This document shows positions 60,921-64,000 of a stretch of 64,000 nt of DNA, piece by piece. The position numbers were made by a program, and so were the translations under genes. Location: assembly GCA_035266085.1 (NCBI GenBank), contig DATFNZ010000107.1, positions 12,857-76,856 on the forward strand, read 5' to 3'. This DNA comes from Thermoanaerobaculia bacterium (GTDB lineage Bacteria > Acidobacteriota > Thermoanaerobaculia > Multivoradales > UBA5704). Position 1 is the first letter of the stretch, and each line of letters starts with the position of its first letter. The notes beneath the pieces are model-generated. The model made no database searches and had not been told where the DNA came from. It was given only the letters and a program-made list of their open reading frames with translations.

Positions 60921-63320
60921 TCAGGGCAGCCGCAGCACCACGATCGTCTGGTCGTCCTCGCGGGGAGCGTTGGCCGTGAAGCGGGTGACGTCCGAGAGGA
61001 CGCCGTCGCGCAGACCCTCGACGCTGCGGCCGGCGTGGGCCGCGAGGCTGGCCTCCAGGCGGTCGAAGCCGAAGAGGTCGTCGCTCCCCTCCCGCCGGGC
61101 TTCGATCAGGCCGTCGCTGAACAGGAACAGAGTGTCTCCCGGCGCCAGGCGGGCCGTGCGCGACTCGACGTTCAGCTCGCCGCGCACGCCCAGCGGGTAG
61201 GCCACGGACTCCATGGCGTCCACCCGGCCGGCGGCGTTGATGCGGTAGGGGAAGAGGTGGCCGGCGCTGGCGTAGACCAGCTCCAACTGGCGGGGATCGA
61301 GCAGCGCGTAGCAGAGGGTCGCGAGCAGCCGCTTGCGGGCTGTCTGATAAACGGTGCGGTTGAGGGTGTTGAAGACCGCCGCGACGTCGGGATTGAAGGT
61401 CACCTGCACCGCCAGGGCCGACTTGGCCATCGCCATGATCAGCCCCGAGGAGACGCCGTGGCCGGCCACGTCGCCCACGGCGATGGCGAGGCGGCCGTCC
61501 TCCAGGGCCAGCACGTCGTAGAAGTCGCCTCCCACCTCCGAGGCCGGCAGGTAGGCATGGGCGATGTCCACCCCCGCCAGCCGCGGCGGCAGGTCCGGCA
61601 GGATCGAGCTCTGGATGCGCCGGGCCGTTTCGAGCTCCACCCGCTGGCGCTCGCGCTCGGCGATGCGCCGCACGTGCGGCGGCACGTCCTCGTAGCGGTA
61701 GACGAACTCCTTGCCGCTGCCCAGGAAGCGGAGGCTCGCGACCAGCGGCACCGCCAGCAGGGCCAGGGCGAGCCAGCCCTGGATCTGCAGGCTCGAGTCG
61801 TCGGCCGTCAGCAGCGGATAGCCCATGAAGAGCGCCTGGGCCACGAAGCCGGCGAGCAGCGCCGTCAGCAGGTCCGTGCCCAGGAAAAGGGCGACGACGA
61901 TGCCGGCCGCCACCAGGGAAACGGCGAAGGTCCAGCCCAGGGGCACGGCCAGGAGAAGGGGCGGCAGGACCACGCCCGCCACCAGCATGGCCACCGCCGC
62001 TCCCGCCCACTTTCCCAGGCGCTGGGCCACCGCCGGCAGCAGCGAGAGGATCACCGCCAGGAGGAACGGCAGGTAGATGCCCAGCGCCGTCAGCACCACC
62101 TCCACTCCCGGCCACCGGGTGTCGGTGCCCAGCAGGGCGGAAGAGAACGGCCAGCCGCCCAGGGCGCGCACCGCGACGATCAGGGACGCCAGGCCTCCCG
62201 CGGCGGCGAGCCCCGCCATCCAGCCCCGGAAGGCGGAGCGCGCCACGGTGCCGTTCGCCAGGTCCCCCTGGAACAGGGCGTCGAAGGCCGCCAGCTTGTG
62301 CCCCCAGCGCTCGCGGCAGATGGACTCGCCCACCGACCACGCGAAGAAGGCGAGCACCGCGGCCGGCAGAACCATGAAGACGATCTCGAACAGGACGACC
62401 AGCCAGGTGTTCTGCTGCCGGGAGGCGAAGCCGAAGCCGTTGCCCTGGGAGTTGACGCGGCTCGCCAGCAGCATCAGCAGCAGGCCGGCGAGCGCCACCA
62501 CCAGGAAGATCTGGACGCCGCGGCGCACGCCGATCTCCCCCTCGTGGTAGCGCTTGAGGAAAGGGAAGGCGAGCAGGCCGGCCAGCAGGATGACCCAGAC
62601 GACCCGGCTGATGACCAGGAAGTTGAATCCCCGGACAGTACGCGCCAGCTCCTTCTCCTGGGGATCGTCCAGCCACGTGCCGAAGCCCGCGAGGCGGTCG
62701 CCGGCGAAGAACACCTGGACGCCGTGGGAGCTGCCTTCCGGCAGGGGATTCCGGCGGTCGCGGTAGCGGACGGTCAGGTCCGTGCGCCGGGCGAGCTGCT
62801 GGCTCCGCAGCTCCGGCCCGTCATAGTGGGAGAGGTCGATCCCCTGGCGGGTGAGGAAGGCTTCGGCCTGCTGCCGCGCCTCCTGCTGGGAGATCGGGGC
62901 GCCCGCGGCCTCGGGATCGAGCCGCAGGCGCAGGGCCAGGAGCTTGCCGGAGAGGGAGACGTTGGCCCGGTAGGTCCAGTCGCTCTGCTGCACGCCGCGG
63001 GCAAAGACGAACACGTCCCAGGTGCTGATCTGGTCGGGGAGCCCGGACGCCCGCACGCCCTCGCCGCCCCGGCGGTCCAGAGCGAACTGAAGCCGGCGCT
63101 CGAGCAGGAAGTCGCGGTCGAGCACCGCCACCAGGTAGGGGTCCTCGACCGGCTCCCCGAGGTCGCGGGTGCGCTCGAGGGCGATCGCCACCGCTTCGGC
63201 CCGCGACACCGACCAGGGATGAGGCAGGAAGGGGAACGCCCGCGGGAAGGCCCACACCAGGAGCACCAGCCCGGCAGCCCCCGCGAGGAACCAGAGAAGG
63301 AGAGAGCGCGCGTTCCGCAT
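60921..63320 (-). CDS. Membrane sensor with a C-terminal PP2C/SpoIIE-type phosphatase domain (RsbU-like), about 800 aa
   Basis: ATG at 63320 (MRNARSLLLWFLAGAAGLVLL). Periplasmic-like N-terminal domain, about 10 TM helices, and a C-terminal SpoIIE/PP2C domain (ARRIQSSILP...GGDFYDV...AVGDVAGHGVSSGLIMA...FLFSDGL). The upstream 200 codons of the track ORF are antisense to mdh and are junk. Confidence 0.75.
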   Translation of the reverse strand: MRNARSLLLWFLAGAAGLVLLVWAFPRAFPFLPHPWSVSRAEAVAIALERTRDLGEPVEDPYLVAVLDRDFLLERRLQFALDRRGGEGVRASGLPDQISTWDVFVFARGVQQSDWTYRANVSLSGKLLALRLRLDPEAAGAPISQQEARQQAEAFLTRQGIDLSHYDGPELRSQQLARRTDLTVRYRDRRNPLPEGSSHGVQVFFAGDRLAGFGTWLDDPQEKELARTVRGFNFLVISRVVWVILLAGLLAFPFLKRYHEGEIGVRRGVQIFLVVALAGLLLMLLASRVNSQGNGFGFASRQQNTWLVVLFEIVFMVLPAAVLAFFAWSVGESICRERWGHKLAAFDALFQGDLANGTVARSAFRGWMAGLAAAGGLASLIVAVRALGGWPFSSALLGTDTRWPGVEVVLTALGIYLPFLLAVILSLLPAVAQRLGKWAGAAVAMLVAGVVLPPLLLAVPLGWTFAVSLVAAGIVVALFLGTDLLTALLAGFVAQALFMGYPLLTADDSSLQIQGWLALALLAVPLVASLRFLGSGKEFVYRYEDVPPHVRRIAERERQRVELETARRIQSSILPDLPPRLAGVDIAHAYLPASEVGGDFYDVLALEDGRLAIAVGDVAGHGVSSGLIMAMAKSALAVQVTFNPDVAAVFNTLNRTVYQTARKRLLATLCYALLDPRQLELVYASAGHLFPYRINAAGRVDAMESVAYPLGVRGELNVESRTARLAPGDTLFLFSDGLIEARREGSDDLFGFDRLEASLAAHAGRSVEGLRDGVLSDVTRFTANAPREDDQTIVVLRLP

Positions 63321-63379
63321 GGAGGCTTGGTACGTGGCGGGAGGGCGCGGGGTTTCTTTGCCGCCGCGCCCTGCCGGGC

Positions 63380-64000
63380 CTAGCCCTTCGGCAGAGCTTC
63401 GACCAGACCCTTCACGGCCTGGGCGGAGCGGTCGAGCATGCCCTTCTCCTCGACCGTCAGCTTGAGCTCGATGACCCTCTCCATGCCGGCGCTGCCGAGC
63501 ACGCACGGCACGCCGATGAAGAGGTCCTTGTAGCCGTACTCGCCCTGGAGGTACACGGCGCAGGGGAGGATCTTCTTCTTGTCGTGGAGGATGGCGGCCA
63601 CCATCTCGTACGACGAGGCCCCCGGCGCGTAGTAGGCCGAGCCCGTCTTGTAGTAGTTGACGATCTCGGCGCCGCCGTTCCGGGTGCGGTCGTTGATCTT
63701 CTCGATCGCCTCGGCGTCCAGGAGCTGCGGCAGGGGCACGCCGTTCACCGTGGCGTAGCGGGGCAGCGGCACCATGGTGTCGCCGTGGCCGCCGAGCACG
63801 AAGGCGTCGACGTCCTCCACCGACACCTTCAGCTTCTCGGCGATGAACCAGCGCATGCGGGCGGCGTCGAGCACGCCGGCCATGCCGATCACCCGCTCGC
63901 GGGGGAAGCCGGAGACGCGGCGGGCCACCTCGCACATGGCGTCGAGCGGGTTAGTGACGATGATCAGGATGGTGTCCGGCGAGCGGGAGACGATCTGCCG
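63380..64000 (-). CDS. mdh: Malate dehydrogenase (LDH-like MDH family), 3' part; the gene continues past the window end
   Basis: The C-terminal catalytic and substrate-binding region ([19 protein letters not shown]...[12 protein letters not shown]...[12 protein letters not shown]) is MDH/LDH-typical. The frame stays open to position 64000 (…[11 protein letters not shown]). Confidence 0.85.
   Translation of the reverse strand, partial: RQIVSRSPDTILIIVTNPLDAMCEVARRVSGFPRERVIGMAGVLDAARMRWFIAEKLKVSVEDVDAFVLGGHGDTMVPLPRYATVNGVPLPQLLDAEAIEKINDRTRNGGAEIVNYYKTGSAYYAPGASSYEMVAAILHDKKKILPCAVYLQGEYGYKDLFIGVPCVLGSAGMERVIELKLTVEEKGMLDRSAQAVKGLVEALPKG

Overview
The window is a very GC-rich, densely coding chromosomal segment that looks like it comes from an Acidobacteria-like bacterium. 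Three things point that way: a secreted VWA protein with the 'VWFA-related Acidobacterial' N-terminal pattern, a TonB-dependent receptor with an N-terminal CarboxypepD_reg-type domain, and an unusual number of secreted peptidases. I can support about 60 protein-coding genes on both strands and one tRNA-Pro(CGG). I see no rRNA, no CRISPR array, and no integrase, transposase or phage structural genes.

Gene content, in order along the window:
- a partial chemotaxis locus (MCP, CheW, CheW-like) cut by the window start;
- fatty-acid uptake and beta-oxidation genes (FadL/TodX-like porin, FadD-like ligase, FadJ/FadB-like multifunctional enzyme);
- a long minus-strand operon (HEAT-like protein, RodZ-like protein, HEAT-like paralog, DnaJ-TPR protein, PP2C phosphatase, geranylgeranyl-reductase-like flavoprotein);
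- a 689-aa protein whose only recognisable part is a C-terminal Gre-factor domain;
- an ECF sigma / zinc-finger anti-sigma pair with a recognisable ECF-type promoter;
- two S9 peptidases, an M20 peptidase carrying a frameshift, an M48 peptidase, a DPP3/M49-like peptidase, an S51-like peptidase and a retropepsin-PDZ protein;
- two toxin-antitoxin-like pairs (HTH-nucleotidyltransferase with an overlapping HEPN-like ORF; BrnT/BrnA) flanking two large polytopic membrane proteins;
- a TPP-enzyme/hotdog-thioesterase operon, a FAD/Fe-S oxidase, and pruA in an operon with a bacilliredoxin-like gene;
- a di-haem cytochrome c peroxidase-like protein, an AI-2E transporter, a COG1373-type AAA ATPase, a membrane sensor-PP2C phosphatase, and the 3' part of mdh at the window end.

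The non-coding signals I consider most worth a second look are these:
- a roughly 310-bp array of about 21-bp repeats carrying phased A-tracts (6775..7085);
- a two-copy family of long hairpin elements built from CAAGGACNG 9-mers, each sitting at the end of a transcription unit;
- a 48-bp near-perfect palindrome in front of the AAA ATPase gene;
- a perfect 17-bp tandem duplication that creates a 6-codon coupling mini-ORF in front of the PP2C gene;
- an operon of membrane protein, SAM methyltransferase and a 468-aa protein with a SPASM/twitch-like Cys motif but no radical-SAM core.

Everything here is by eye from the sequence and the ORF track. No searches were run. Many of the long ORFs in the track are Arg/Pro/Gly-rich antisense artefacts of the high GC content and were not called.
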